The notes under the pieces were generated by a model, which searched no databases, was not told the DNA's origin, and worked only from the letters and a program-made list of their open reading frames with translations. A DNA stretch of 64,000 bases from Minisyncoccota bacterium (GTDB taxonomy: Bacteria > Patescibacteriota > Minisyncoccia > Phycocordibacterales > Phycocordibacteraceae), in the NCBI GenBank assembly GCA_041657665.1, contig JBBABN010000001.1, forward strand, positions 2,355-66,354, given 5' to 3'. Below are positions 1-9,884 of this stretch, in pieces. A program made the translations under genes and the position numbers. Numbering within the stretch: the first letter of the stretch is position 1; the number at the start of each line of letters is the position of its first letter.

Positions 1-224
1 ATTCTCTGACCGTTGTTCATGCAGCAACCCTTGTGTTTGAACACAAGAGATAGCGCCGAGAGACCAACGACGAAGTAAACAACATTCTCAATCACCGGCC
101 ACTGACGAAGGAGAAGATTTACCACGTTCCAATTGCTTCCCATCCAATAGCTAATTGCAATAAGACCCCAATTGAGTCCGCCGATAATAACCAGGATGAA
201 TGCGAGACCGTTTAGTGCTTTCAT
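1..224 (-). CDS. DUF378-family small membrane protein, 5'-partial in window (runs off the left edge)
   Basis: Reverse-strand ORF starting at ATG 222-224. Translation MKALNGLAFILVIIGGLNWGLIAISYW... resembles the DUF378 GGLNWGL motif. No stop codon before position 1. Confidence 0.5.
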   Translation of the reverse strand, partial: MKALNGLAFILVIIGGLNWGLIAISYWMGSNWNVVNLLLRQWPVIENVVYFVVGLSALSLVFKHKGCCMNNGQR

Positions 225-400
225 AGTGATGAATAATTAATAAAGCGGCAGTAATGTGAGTCCGCTGCGTACAGTATGACTCTTTATTAAACAATGGGGA
301 GACCTGCCTGTGCAAAACATCAGTCATTAAAAACGCTCATAAAAATATTTCTATCAGATTTGACTTTCATAGTGAATCTGATAGAATACTTGTCAATCAT

Positions 401-1861
401 ATGCAAAAGATATTTTCTTTACTTATTCCTCCTTTTCGGAGGATTATTAAATCAAAAGTCGCAATGAGCGTTATTGGTGTGGCGTTAATAGGTATTGGAA
501 GCTTTTTCTTTTTTCATAAGAGTTCATCCTACCAATTCGTGACCGTACAGCGCGGTTCTGTCGCCGAATCGGTCTCACTTACCGGTAATACGACCCCAGC
601 AAAGAGTGTCGATCTCTCATTCGGCAGCAGCGGCATTATTGCTCATACCTACACAACTCTTGGAGCATCGGTATACGCTGGCCAGATACTGGCAGAACTC
701 AATATAACCGACCTTGCTGCACAATTACGCAATGCTCAAGCGGGACTCACTATTATTGAACAACAAGCATCCGCTTCGAAAGACAATCTTTCGAATGTTA
801 CTGCCCAACAAGATTCTTTAGTCGCGGGCGCGTGGCAGAGCATGCATAGCAATTTCGCCGCGGTACCGACATATACTTTTACAACGAATCCTCCTCCTGT
901 TATTTCTGGATCGTATACCGGAACTGCTGATGGGTTATATAAAATAGAAGTGTATGCATCAAGCGCACTCGGTGGTGCCTCTTTTAATTATTCTGGTCTT
1001 GAATCAGGCACAGAATCAGTAACAACAAATGCTGATGTTCCATTGGGTACCCAAGGACTCTTTGTTCGCTTCCCCGATTCTGTTTCTGCCAGCAGCTATG
1101 TGGGGAGTGTTTGGGTTATTAATGTCCCCAACACTCGCTGGAGTGGCTATGCAAATGCACTGAAAAGCTATCAGACCGCACTCGAAACCCGTCAGAAATC
1201 TATCGCTGACGCTCAGGCAAATGTTGGTGATGGGATTGTTTCTTCAGTAACTGATGCAAAAATCACTCAAGCACGTGCAAATGTCGATAGTGCATTGGCT
1301 AAGATACAGAACGCTCGAATTATCGCGCCTATTAGCGGCATCGTGACACAGTTTGACGCGAAAGTGGGCCAACTTGCTTCCCCGAGTGCACCACTTGCTT
1401 CTCTTATTGGTAATGACGGATTCGAAGTCAACGCAGGAGTATCTGAAACCGACGTCGGGAAATTGACGGTCGGTAATATAGTAACGATGACCCTCGACGC
1501 TTTCCCGAATGAGACCTTCTCAGGAAAAGTATTTTATATTGCACCAGCGCAAACAAACACTCAAGGAGTCATTAGTTATCAGATAAAAATCTCATTCGAG
1601 AAACCTGACCCGCGATTGAAGAGCGGCCTTACTGCAAACATTACTATCCAGACGAAACAACATAATGATGTGTTGATTCTCCCTCAGTATGCCATCTTGC
1701 AGAACGATAATGGTACATTCGTTGAAACACTTTCAGGAAACACTGTAACTACTACTCCTGTTACTCTTGGTATCCAAGATCAAAAAGGAAATGTCGAGAT
1801 TCTCTCTGGAGTTACCGAAGGTGAACAAGTCATTAATATTGGGCTTAAAAAGACCCAGTAG
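401..1861 (+). CDS. Efflux transporter periplasmic adaptor (HlyD/MacA-like membrane fusion protein)
   Basis: 486-aa ORF with an N-terminal TM segment. Contains an MFP-type IIAPISGIV beta-barrel/lipoyl motif. It is immediately followed by an ABC ATPase and an FtsX-type permease. Confidence 0.75.
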   Translation: MQKIFSLLIPPFRRIIKSKVAMSVIGVALIGIGSFFFFHKSSSYQFVTVQRGSVAESVSLTGNTTPAKSVDLSFGSSGIIAHTYTTLGASVYAGQILAELNITDLAAQLRNAQAGLTIIEQQASASKDNLSNVTAQQDSLVAGAWQSMHSNFAAVPTYTFTTNPPPVISGSYTGTADGLYKIEVYASSALGGASFNYSGLESGTESVTTNADVPLGTQGLFVRFPDSVSASSYVGSVWVINVPNTRWSGYANALKSYQTALETRQKSIADAQANVGDGIVSSVTDAKITQARANVDSALAKIQNARIIAPISGIVTQFDAKVGQLASPSAPLASLIGNDGFEVNAGVSETDVGKLTVGNIVTMTLDAFPNETFSGKVFYIAPAQTNTQGVISYQIKISFEKPDPRLKSGLTANITIQTKQHNDVLILPQYAILQNDNGTFVETLSGNTVTTTPVTLGIQDQKGNVEILSGVTEGEQVINIGLKKTQ

Positions 1862-1893
1862 GCGAATCAGCAGATTCGCTCTTGGAGTAACTT

Positions 1894-2613
1894 ATGCTAA
1901 ATCAAATGATCGAGATTCACGATTTACAAAAAGAATATATAGAAGAAGAGACACCAACTCGCGCTCTGCGCGGAGTAACACTCTCGATAAATAAAGGCGA
2001 ATTTGTCTCCATTATGGGACCATCAGGGAGTGGTAAATCCACACTTCTACAAATACTCAGTTTCCTCGACCGACCAACCGGTGGATCCTATACCTTCCAA
2101 GGGAAGCGTATCGACGATATGAATGATCAAGAACTTGCACATGTCCGCAACACAGATATGGGTTTCATATTCCAATCATTTAACCTTCTTTCTCGGTTAA
2201 CCGTATATGACAATGTAGAGATTCCCCTCCTTTATTCTGATATCTTACCTGCGAAACGCCGCACACTTGTTGAAGAAGCAGTCCGATCTGTCGGACTCGC
2301 CGACAAACTACATACTGAAGCAGGAAAACTCTCGGGCGGCCAGAAACAGCGCGTCGCTATAGCACGAGCACTCGTAACCGAGCCGAATGTCATCTTCGCA
2401 GATGAACCGACCGGAAATCTCGACTCGGTGTCTGGCCTTCAGATTATGGAAATACTCGAATCGCTTCATGATCGTGGTCGTACGATCATATTAGTAACGC
2501 ATGAAACACAGACCGCCGAATTTGCTAATCGTATTATTAGAATGAAAGACGGTTCAATAGAGAGTGATACACCAATTACCGCCAATCGTGTCCGTCACGG
2601 ATCACTGAAATAA
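1894..2613 (+). CDS. ABC transporter ATP-binding protein (MacB/LolD-like)
   Basis: Walker [13 protein letters not shown] signature [15 protein letters not shown] and Walker B IFADEPT are all present. Confidence 0.9.
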   Translation: MLNQMIEIHDLQKEYIEEETPTRALRGVTLSINKGEFVSIMGPSGSGKSTLLQILSFLDRPTGGSYTFQGKRIDDMNDQELAHVRNTDMGFIFQSFNLLSRLTVYDNVEIPLLYSDILPAKRRTLVEEAVRSVGLADKLHTEAGKLSGGQKQRVAIARALVTEPNVIFADEPTGNLDSVSGLQIMEILESLHDRGRTIILVTHETQTAEFANRIIRMKDGSIESDTPITANRVRHGSLK

Positions 2614-2614
2614 T

Positions 2615-3865
2615 ATGTTGGTACGAGATGCTTTCAAGACCGCCACACGTTCTCTCACACATGGGAAAATGCGTTCAATTCTCACAATGCTCGGTATCGT
2701 TATTGGCATCGCCTCAGTCATCATTCTGATGTCAATTGGCCAATCAGCACAAAACTTAATCCTAGGACAAGTACAAAGTGTTGGATCTAATCTCATCATC
2801 ATTGCCCCCGGTGCACCAAGTGGGAGCGGATTCTCTCCTCCTGCGTCTTCACAGGGCATCGTTATTACCAGTTTGAAACAAGCTGACGCTGATTCTCTCT
2901 CACGCGAGCCGTCCATACACGCAGTGGCATCACTCGTGAGCGGACAAGCAGAAGTAGTGCAAGGAAATACCAACAAAACAGTGAGTTACCAAGGAGTATC
3001 GGCCGATATGTTTTCAGTGCGAAATCTTACTCTTAGTAAAGGATATCCTTTCACTAAGGGAGATGTTGATTCTGCAAATCATGTTGCAATTATAGGACCC
3101 GATCTCGCAACGAAACTCTTCGGGTCCTATGTTGATCCACTCAATAAAACAATACGATTAAAGAATATTTCTTTTCGTATCGTCGGAGTTCTTAGCAAGG
3201 GAGGAACAGGAATGGGTGGCGTTGATCAAGGAAATATTGTCATTGTTCCTATCACTGTTGCGCAGAAACAACTGCTTGGCGTTAATCATTTCAGTACAAT
3301 TCTCGTCGAGGCGGACGCCCAGTACGATATTAATTTCGTAAAATCACGTATCACATTCTCATTACGTCAGAATCACGGTATATCTGATCCGACAAAAGAT
3401 GACTTTAGTATTATGACGCAGGCCGATCTTCTTTCTATTGTAGGAAATATCACCTCAATCCTTACACTCTTCTTAGCAGCAATCGCTTCTATCTCACTCG
3501 TCGTTGGTGGCATTGGAATTATGAACATAATGTTGGTCTCAGTTACTGAACGCACACGAGAGATCGGACTACGCAAAGCGGTTGGTGCGACTGACACTGA
3601 TATCTTGCAACAATTTCTTATCGAGTCGGTTTTACTCACCTTTGCGGGCGGCCTGATAGGCATTATGTTCGGTGCGCTCGTCGTCGGAGCCGTCTATTTC
3701 GGTATCACCATTTTCAACCCAGAGCTCGGCTGGACCTTCGCCTTCCCTCTCTCGGCAGTTATCCTCGGACTCACAGTGTCTGGCATCGCCGGCATTGTCT
3801 TCGGTATTTATCCAGCACGCCAAGCAGGGCGAAAAAATCCTATCGACGCATTGCGTTACGAATAA
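2615..3865 (+). CDS. ABC transporter permease (FtsX/MacB-type)
   Basis: 416 aa with an N-terminal TM, a large periplasmic loop and a C-terminal 3-TM FtsX-like region. Its start abuts the upstream ATPase gene (2613/2615). Confidence 0.8.
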   Translation: MLVRDAFKTATRSLTHGKMRSILTMLGIVIGIASVIILMSIGQSAQNLILGQVQSVGSNLIIIAPGAPSGSGFSPPASSQGIVITSLKQADADSLSREPSIHAVASLVSGQAEVVQGNTNKTVSYQGVSADMFSVRNLTLSKGYPFTKGDVDSANHVAIIGPDLATKLFGSYVDPLNKTIRLKNISFRIVGVLSKGGTGMGGVDQGNIVIVPITVAQKQLLGVNHFSTILVEADAQYDINFVKSRITFSLRQNHGISDPTKDDFSIMTQADLLSIVGNITSILTLFLAAIASISLVVGGIGIMNIMLVSVTERTREIGLRKAVGATDTDILQQFLIESVLLTFAGGLIGIMFGALVVGAVYFGITIFNPELGWTFAFPLSAVILGLTVSGIAGIVFGIYPARQAGRKNPIDALRYE

Positions 3866-3885
3866 ATCCTATATACTGAGGGTAT

Positions 3886-4590
3886 ATGCTACCTTCACCT
3901 GTTTTAGTGTTAATCGCCACACTCAGTATTGTTACTGTCCTGCTTCTCATGAGGCCGCGACGATTCTATATCGTCCGTCACGGCGAAACACTTTCGAATA
4001 AACAACACATTCGCCAAGGTATAGAAGGTGCTCTTTCAGAGAAGGGCCGGCATCAAGCAGATCAAACAGGCCGAGCGCTCGAACACCTTTCTATTTCAAG
4101 CATTATTTCAAGCACATATCCGCGAGCAAAAGAGACAGCTGTAATTATAAATACTCACCTTAAGGTTCCTGTACGGTATTCCCCTCTTCTTGGCGAGAGA
4201 CGTAATCCTTCTGAAATTATCGGGAAGAATAGAGACGAGCCCGAGGTTTCTCACATCATCGATCAGATGGATCTCTCGTATCACGGCGATAATTATCGCT
4301 TCTCTGACGAAGAAAACTTTGCTGACCTGAAGAAGCGAGCACGGAAATGTCTCGCACTTCTCTCGCGTCAAGGAACGCGAAATACTTGTGTCGTAACACA
4401 TCACGTATTCCTTAAAATGTTACTCGCCTATATGCTTCATCGCGAACGATTACACGCCGCTGACTTTGCGAAGCTCTCGTTTTTTAATATCTCTGATAAC
4501 GCAGGTATCTCTATTTGTGAATTCCATCCGTGGAAGATGTTCTCGCCCACCCGCGGCTGGAAGGTCGTGAGTTTCAACGAAACACCCTAA
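3886..4590 (+). CDS. Histidine phosphatase family protein (phosphoglycerate mutase-like)
   Basis: Contains the RHGET catalytic motif (IVRHGETLSN) followed by GxxxxQG, typical of histidine phosphatase superfamily branch 1. Confidence 0.7.
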   Translation: MLPSPVLVLIATLSIVTVLLLMRPRRFYIVRHGETLSNKQHIRQGIEGALSEKGRHQADQTGRALEHLSISSIISSTYPRAKETAVIINTHLKVPVRYSPLLGERRNPSEIIGKNRDEPEVSHIIDQMDLSYHGDNYRFSDEENFADLKKRARKCLALLSRQGTRNTCVVTHHVFLKMLLAYMLHRERLHAADFAKLSFFNISDNAGISICEFHPWKMFSPTRGWKVVSFNETP

Positions 4591-4658
4591 GCATTCGCAT
4601 TCCGACATCCGATGTCCTCGTACATTTGAACATCGGATGTCCATACCTATTGCATTTA

Positions 4659-4698
4659 AAGGTTCGACCTTGAGAATTCGGATTTAAGGTCGAACCTT
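4659..4698. terminator. Bidirectional hairpin between convergent genes (AAGGTTCGACCTT...AAGGTCGAACCTT)
   Basis: 13-bp perfect inverted repeat with a 14-nt loop, lying between the ends of convergent ORFs 3886..4590 (+) and 4709..7741 (-). Confidence 0.6.
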
Positions 4699-4708
4699 GT
4701 TGAATACC

Positions 4709-7700
4709 TCAACGGGCTGAGTTAATCGCCGCTCTAGTAAGCGGCCCGAAATATCCCACAGCCGGTGTGATGTTGTTCGCCTTCTGGAATCTGATAAGAG
4801 CGGCCTTGGTCAATGCACCAAATTTGGTTGTTTCATTTCCTGGTGAACCTGGACCGCTCTCCGCAAGAATGAAGCCATGGGTGTTAAGGAACTGTTGGAG
4901 TTTTTGTACATCAGTACCGGTGGTGTTTAGTTTCAGATCGCGAGCAAACCCGGTTTGTGAGCTTGTCGAACCCGTCGAGGGGGTGAAAGATGAAGTGGAA
5001 ACTGTTGAAGTTGTAATCGTTTCTCCCAAGAGAGCGGCTTGTACCTTCGCTATAGTATTGGCATCAACGCCGAAGGAAGCGAGGACAGCGAGAATGGAAG
5101 ATACTTGTACAGAAGAAAGGGGGCTTGCCCCGCGAAGCTCTCCTTCCGAGGAGAGCGAAGTGGGGGTAGTAGTGGCAACAACAGGAGTGACGCGGGGATA
5201 GGTGTGAGAGAACCCACAACCTATAGTGAAGGTCTGGGTGTTGGAGTTGGTACTGTTGTCATTGTTGTCGAGGGCCTTGATGTACCACGAGTGTGTATTA
5301 GAGCAAGAGATAGAGGTTGGAACAGAGACCGAGGTGTCGGAAGTGCTCCCGATAAGGGTGTCATCGATATAGAGCTCATAGGGAGCAAGACCTGATTCAG
5401 TGTCAGAAGAAGCGGTCCAAGAGAGGGTGCCTCCTTTCGAGATGCCGTCATTGTTAGCTGGGGCGGTTAGAGAGAAAGATGCGGGAGCGGTCGTGTCTTT
5501 GGTGAGGGCGAAGGTGTGGGTTGAATACCCGCCGACATAGGTGAAGGTGAGGGAGCCGTCAGCGTCGGACTTGCAGATGCCGTTGGTACATTGGCTGTTG
5601 TTGGTGATGGCGGTGGTAGAGGCAGAGGAGTCGAGGTTGAATGTGTAGTATGTGGAGGGGGTGAGATCGCCGATGGTATAGACGGTGCTGGTGGCGTGGG
5701 TGTTAAAGGCGGCGATACTGGAGGTTGCGGTCCACTGTTTGTTCTTGGTGCCGGATGTGAGCCAAGAATCAATGGTGATGTCCATATATTGCGAAGTGGA
5801 GGCGGTATAGAAGCCGTCCACGGGAGTGACGGAGAAGTTGGCAGCTGGAATGGTGGTGGCAGTGGTGGTGGCGACGAGAGCGCGATACTTGTTGTCGGAA
5901 TAGATGCGGATGGAACCGCTCGTTGGTACTGGAGTTGTTCCCACTGTGTATGGCGGTTGATATTCGTATGCGCCGATGTCTGGGGTGCCGTATATTGAGT
6001 TGCCGGCATAGTCGGTGGTTAATGAGACGTCAGTACCAGCATCAATCGCCGGAGAAAGATACGAGAGTTGAAAATCGGTGACAGCAGTATAATTACCTGT
6101 AGCATTTACAAAAAGAGGATCGGAATTATTACTGTTTAGTTCGTTGGCAGAATGGTAGGTTGCCCATGATGTGTTATTGCTATTATCATCTGTGTTATAA
6201 AATTTACTATCATCAAAAGGTTTGTATAAATTATAGTCAAATGTTGTATAAGATGAATGTCTGTTTAATATCTCTCGCGGCTTACCGTTTCCACCTAAAA
6301 TACCATTCTGTACTGTTAAATTACCGCTAGGTTTGTTGTAATAATTATTACCTCTAATCGATGCAGTTATTACTGTACTTTCTTTAAAAAGATCTCCAAC
6401 AGCATATCCATTTGACCAACCAATAGAATTATAAAAATAATTCGTGCCGTCGGAAACATCTCCAAATCCCTCATTATAATTATGATGAGCTATACAATAA
6501 TAACATTTTATATTTGTCGTAGAATCATGAGGCAAAAAACCCCCGCCATCAGATGTTTCGTTAACTGTTCCATTATAAGAGGCTTCACTATTCAAATATA
6601 TTATATCACTGGCTGATGCCGAAGAAAGGAATCCAATATTATTATTATTATTAGCCATACAATTATTATAAGTTATATTATACGATGTGCCTCTCGCAAC
6701 AAACCCGTTCATAGAATTATGATTCGCCGAAACACTATTATATGTAATGTCGTGGGTCGCTCCCATTAATTCAAAAGCACCATAGGCAGTAGAGTTGCTC
6801 ATACTGCTATCGTCTACCACAATATTTGATGAATCGGTAAAACTAAATCCTGCGCCGGATGATCCTGTGATATTACTAATGGTACCAGTAGCAACATTAT
6901 TTAAAGCAATTCCTGTTAATGTCGAATTAGTTATTGTTAAATTTAAGCCGGTATTTATAGAAATTAATGTCGATGTCGAATTGGTTATTGTTAAATTTGC
7001 AGCATTACTTATAAGTAAGTCGCCAGTATTAATAACTGAATTTTGTAAAGTTATATTATCATTGCCCGTACCAGTAAAACTCATAGCTTTTTTTGTTGGT
7101 CCGCTATTTGTTAGCACCACATTATCAATAACTATATTATTCAAAATACTGTCGGACCATATATTATATCCATAGCCCCCCATATCGCTGGTAATATTAT
7201 TAAATTTAATATTAGAGCCTGCCCCTATGAGTATTCCTATAGTCGAAACTGTTGTCCCTGTATATTGGCAAGAAAATCCTTGAACTATAATATTAGATTT
7301 GCCGTTGGTACTTATTAGATAGCCAGAAGCAACAACAATCGCAGGAGTTTCGTTCGGCACATTCGCATAGGTAATTTCAGTGTCAACGCCGGAACCTCCC
7401 GACGGAAGGATTAAAATTTCTGTGTAATTTCCACCTTGTGAACTGAAAAGAATTTGATCACCATCTCCAAAAGTTGCGAGTTTTACTTGAGCCATGTTCA
7501 AAGAGGTACCGACTGCGTTAGGGCTTGTTGCATTCGCTTTATTAGCCGCGGTCACCGTCCCATCTGCCCGCACATAATACGTCGTTGCACTCGCCTGCCC
7601 TATTCCAATAAACAAAAAACTTCCTGAAAGAATTAGAAAGAATGCAATGAAGCGAACATTTTTGTTGAAAAAATTGGGGCTATTTACTCTCTCTCTCTCT

Positions 7701-7741
7701 CTCTCTCGTTTCGGCTGTGCTAATTTGAGTGTTTTTATCAT
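4709..7741 (-). CDS. Large secreted/surface protein with parallel beta-helix-like repeats and a C-terminal peptidoglycan-binding (PG_binding_1-like) domain
   Basis: 1010 aa with an N-terminal hydrophobic signal-like segment. Has long N/T/S-rich repeats (NITLQNSVINTGDLL...LTITNSTSTL) typical of a pectate-lyase-like beta-helix. The C-terminus LQQFLNTHGF...FGALTKAALIRFQKANNITPAVGYFGPLTRAAIN matches the PG-binding helical bundle motif. Confidence 0.65.
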   Translation of the reverse strand: MIKTLKLAQPKRERERERVNSPNFFNKNVRFIAFFLILSGSFLFIGIGQASATTYYVRADGTVTAANKANATSPNAVGTSLNMAQVKLATFGDGDQILFSSQGGNYTEILILPSGGSGVDTEITYANVPNETPAIVVASGYLISTNGKSNIIVQGFSCQYTGTTVSTIGILIGAGSNIKFNNITSDMGGYGYNIWSDSILNNIVIDNVVLTNSGPTKKAMSFTGTGNDNITLQNSVINTGDLLISNAANLTITNSTSTLISINTGLNLTITNSTLTGIALNNVATGTISNITGSSGAGFSFTDSSNIVVDDSSMSNSTAYGAFELMGATHDITYNSVSANHNSMNGFVARGTSYNITYNNCMANNNNNIGFLSSASASDIIYLNSEASYNGTVNETSDGGGFLPHDSTTNIKCYYCIAHHNYNEGFGDVSDGTNYFYNSIGWSNGYAVGDLFKESTVITASIRGNNYYNKPSGNLTVQNGILGGNGKPREILNRHSSYTTFDYNLYKPFDDSKFYNTDDNSNNTSWATYHSANELNSNNSDPLFVNATGNYTAVTDFQLSYLSPAIDAGTDVSLTTDYAGNSIYGTPDIGAYEYQPPYTVGTTPVPTSGSIRIYSDNKYRALVATTTATTIPAANFSVTPVDGFYTASTSQYMDITIDSWLTSGTKNKQWTATSSIAAFNTHATSTVYTIGDLTPSTYYTFNLDSSASTTAITNNSQCTNGICKSDADGSLTFTYVGGYSTHTFALTKDTTAPASFSLTAPANNDGISKGGTLSWTASSDTESGLAPYELYIDDTLIGSTSDTSVSVPTSISCSNTHSWYIKALDNNDNSTNSNTQTFTIGCGFSHTYPRVTPVVATTTPTSLSSEGELRGASPLSSVQVSSILAVLASFGVDANTIAKVQAALLGETITTSTVSTSSFTPSTGSTSSQTGFARDLKLNTTGTDVQKLQQFLNTHGFILAESGPGSPGNETTKFGALTKAALIRFQKANNITPAVGYFGPLTRAAINSAR
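7687..7707. repeat. (CT)10.5 dinucleotide microsatellite inside the 5' coding end of the surface-protein gene
   Basis: ctctctctctctctctctctc is visible at 7687..7707. On the coding (minus) strand it is (GA)n encoding RERERER at residues 12-18 of the ORF that begins at 7741. Confidence 0.9.
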
Positions 7742-7843
7742 ACATATTTGATGCTCCTATAGTACAGGATAGCACGTGTTACAAGAAGCTGGATGTGGAC
7801 AACCTTTCTGTTGTGCATACTGCATACTGGGTATGCACATGAT

Positions 7844-9775
7844 TTAAATAATTTCTTTATCCTGTGAAGCTTCAGCGAAGCAGGACGCGCTATTGGTCTC
7901 ATCAAATACCATGAGAGATGAATCGATATCAGCGAGGAATGACGATGGCTCAGCGAGAGAATCACTCCCGTAGATCTTTCGAATGCGCGCGAGGGTTAAG
8001 AAAAGGCGTGATTTTGCGCGCGTCATCGCCACATAAAAGAGTCGTCGCTCTTCTTCATCATCTCTCTTGGTATCATTCCCCATAGCACTGTGCGGAAAGA
8101 GCCCTTCTTCCATACCACTCACGAATACCGTGTCGAATTCAAGACCTTTTTATGCATGGACCGTCATCAGAGTCACGCCCTTCTTATCATTCTGATCGAG
8201 TTCGTCCTGATCACTCGCGAGAGCGGCATCCGCGAGAAATGCCGAAATGCCTTCTTTCCCAATAGCCGCATCATGCCGCGCAGCGACCGAAGCGAGTTCT
8301 TCTATATTTTCAAATCGTTCCCGATCTTCATCATTCCCCTCTTCGACTAATGCGCGACGTAACCCGCTTTTTTCTATAACAAGCTTCACGAATTCAGATG
8401 GTGCGAGCGTTTCTGCGCCCTGTGCAAGCTCTGCTATAACACCTTCAAAAGTTTCAACCTTCGCGATTTCGCCCGCACGAAGCTCGCTGCGCTTCCCTGC
8501 TGCGAGCTTACCAAGTGTTACCTTACCGATACCGCGCGACGGCGAAGCTGCTGCACGAAGTTTGTCGACTTCTCTCGAAGGATCGAGCGCGAGTCGCATC
8601 CACGCGAGCGCATCTTTCACTTCTTTTCTCGCGAAGAAATGTGTCCCGAGCAATTTATACGGCACACCAGCTTTCAATAATCCTTCTTCGAGCGCTCGCG
8701 ACTGGAAGTTAGTACGAAAAAGTAGTGCGATTTCTTCTGGCTTCGCGCCATTCTTCATTAATTCTCGGATCTTCAGCGCGATCCAACGTGCCTCATCTTC
8801 AGCATTAATCGCGAAGTGCACGACAATTGGCTCACCCGCAGGATGTTCGGTCGTCGAATATCGTTCTTTACGGTTTTTATTTTTCTCGATGACGGCGTTT
8901 GCCGCATCAACTAGATTTTTTGTCGAACGATAATTACGTTCGAGAATAATCGTCTGTGCTGCAGAATATTTTTTCTCAAAATTTAAAATGTTTTCCATCT
9001 TTGCGCCGCGCCATCCGTAAATCGCTTGATCACCATCACCAACAACAAAAAGATTGTTGTGTTTTTCAGAGAGAATGCGAGCGAGTCGCTCCTGTAATCC
9101 ATTTGTATCTTGATATTCATCGATACTAATAGAGCTCCAACGAGCTTGTGCAAGCGCACGGATATCAGCATGTTCTTCGAGTAGCTGTACCGGAAGCGAA
9201 ATAAGATCATCGAAGTCGAGCGACTTCTCTTCTTTCAGAGTTTTCTCATAGCGAAGCCATACTTCTGCGGTAATACGAGAACCGAAACTTCCACGACCCT
9301 GTTTTTCATAGAATTCACTCGCGCGCATTCCCTCACCTTTCGCACGCGAGATGCGGCCCATAATTGCACGTGGAGAAAATTCCTTCGATTCCACATCAAG
9401 CGCTTTCAATGCGGTAGCAATTACTCTTTCTGAATCGGCACGATCATAGATACTAAAGAATTTCGAGACGCCTATCTCACTTCCATAACTCTCCAGAATC
9501 TCGCGCCCAAGCCCGTGGAAAGTAGCAATAAAAGGAAGGGTCCCATCATCCTCGAGCATAGTGCGGACTCGTGCACGCATCTCGCGTGCCGCTTTATTAG
9601 TGAAGGTGACCGCGAGAATCTGATTCGCCGGCACCCCAGAGCGAATCAGATGATAAATTCGCGTCGTGAGCACGCGCGTTTTCCCGCTTCCAGCACCCGC
9701 AAGAACCAAGACCGGACCATCGATAGCGAGTACTGCTCGTTTCTGAGCTTCATTCAATCCTTCAAGGTATTTCAC
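7844..9775 (-). pseudogene. uvrD: UvrD/PcrA-family DNA helicase interrupted by an in-frame TAA (fragments 8150..9775 and 7844..8149)
   Basis: The N-terminal fragment has Walker A AGAGSGKTRVLT. The reading frame continues in the same frame across a TAA at 8150-8152 as ...[29 protein letters not shown]..., which is the conserved UvrD motif V/VI region (consensus ...TLHSAKGLEF...). Confidence 0.8.
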
Positions 9776-9884
9776 TTACGGACTATAGCGCAAAATCGTT
9801 CTCCACAGGTCTTTTTTGGGCTCATTGACTCCTCAACTGTCTCAGATATACTAGCCCTATCGGCAGTACGAAAGTATTCAAGAA

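Noticed and set aside
4767-7175. Multiple 75-180-aa ORFs (4767..5201, 5039..5395, 5221..5451, 5467..6009, 5591..5998, 6795..7175) inside or antisense to the 1010-aa surface protein gene
   Set aside because: They are low-complexity translations (G/V/P/T-rich) of the repeat-rich coding region in alternative frames. There is no independent start, RBS or domain evidence.
8161-8172. CTGATGA hammerhead-core heptamer on the minus strand inside uvrD next to the in-frame TAA
   Set aside because: No G10.1/C11.1-closed stem II, no GAAA at the right distance and no stem III/GUC. The heptamer simply encodes L-M-T of the helicase motif.
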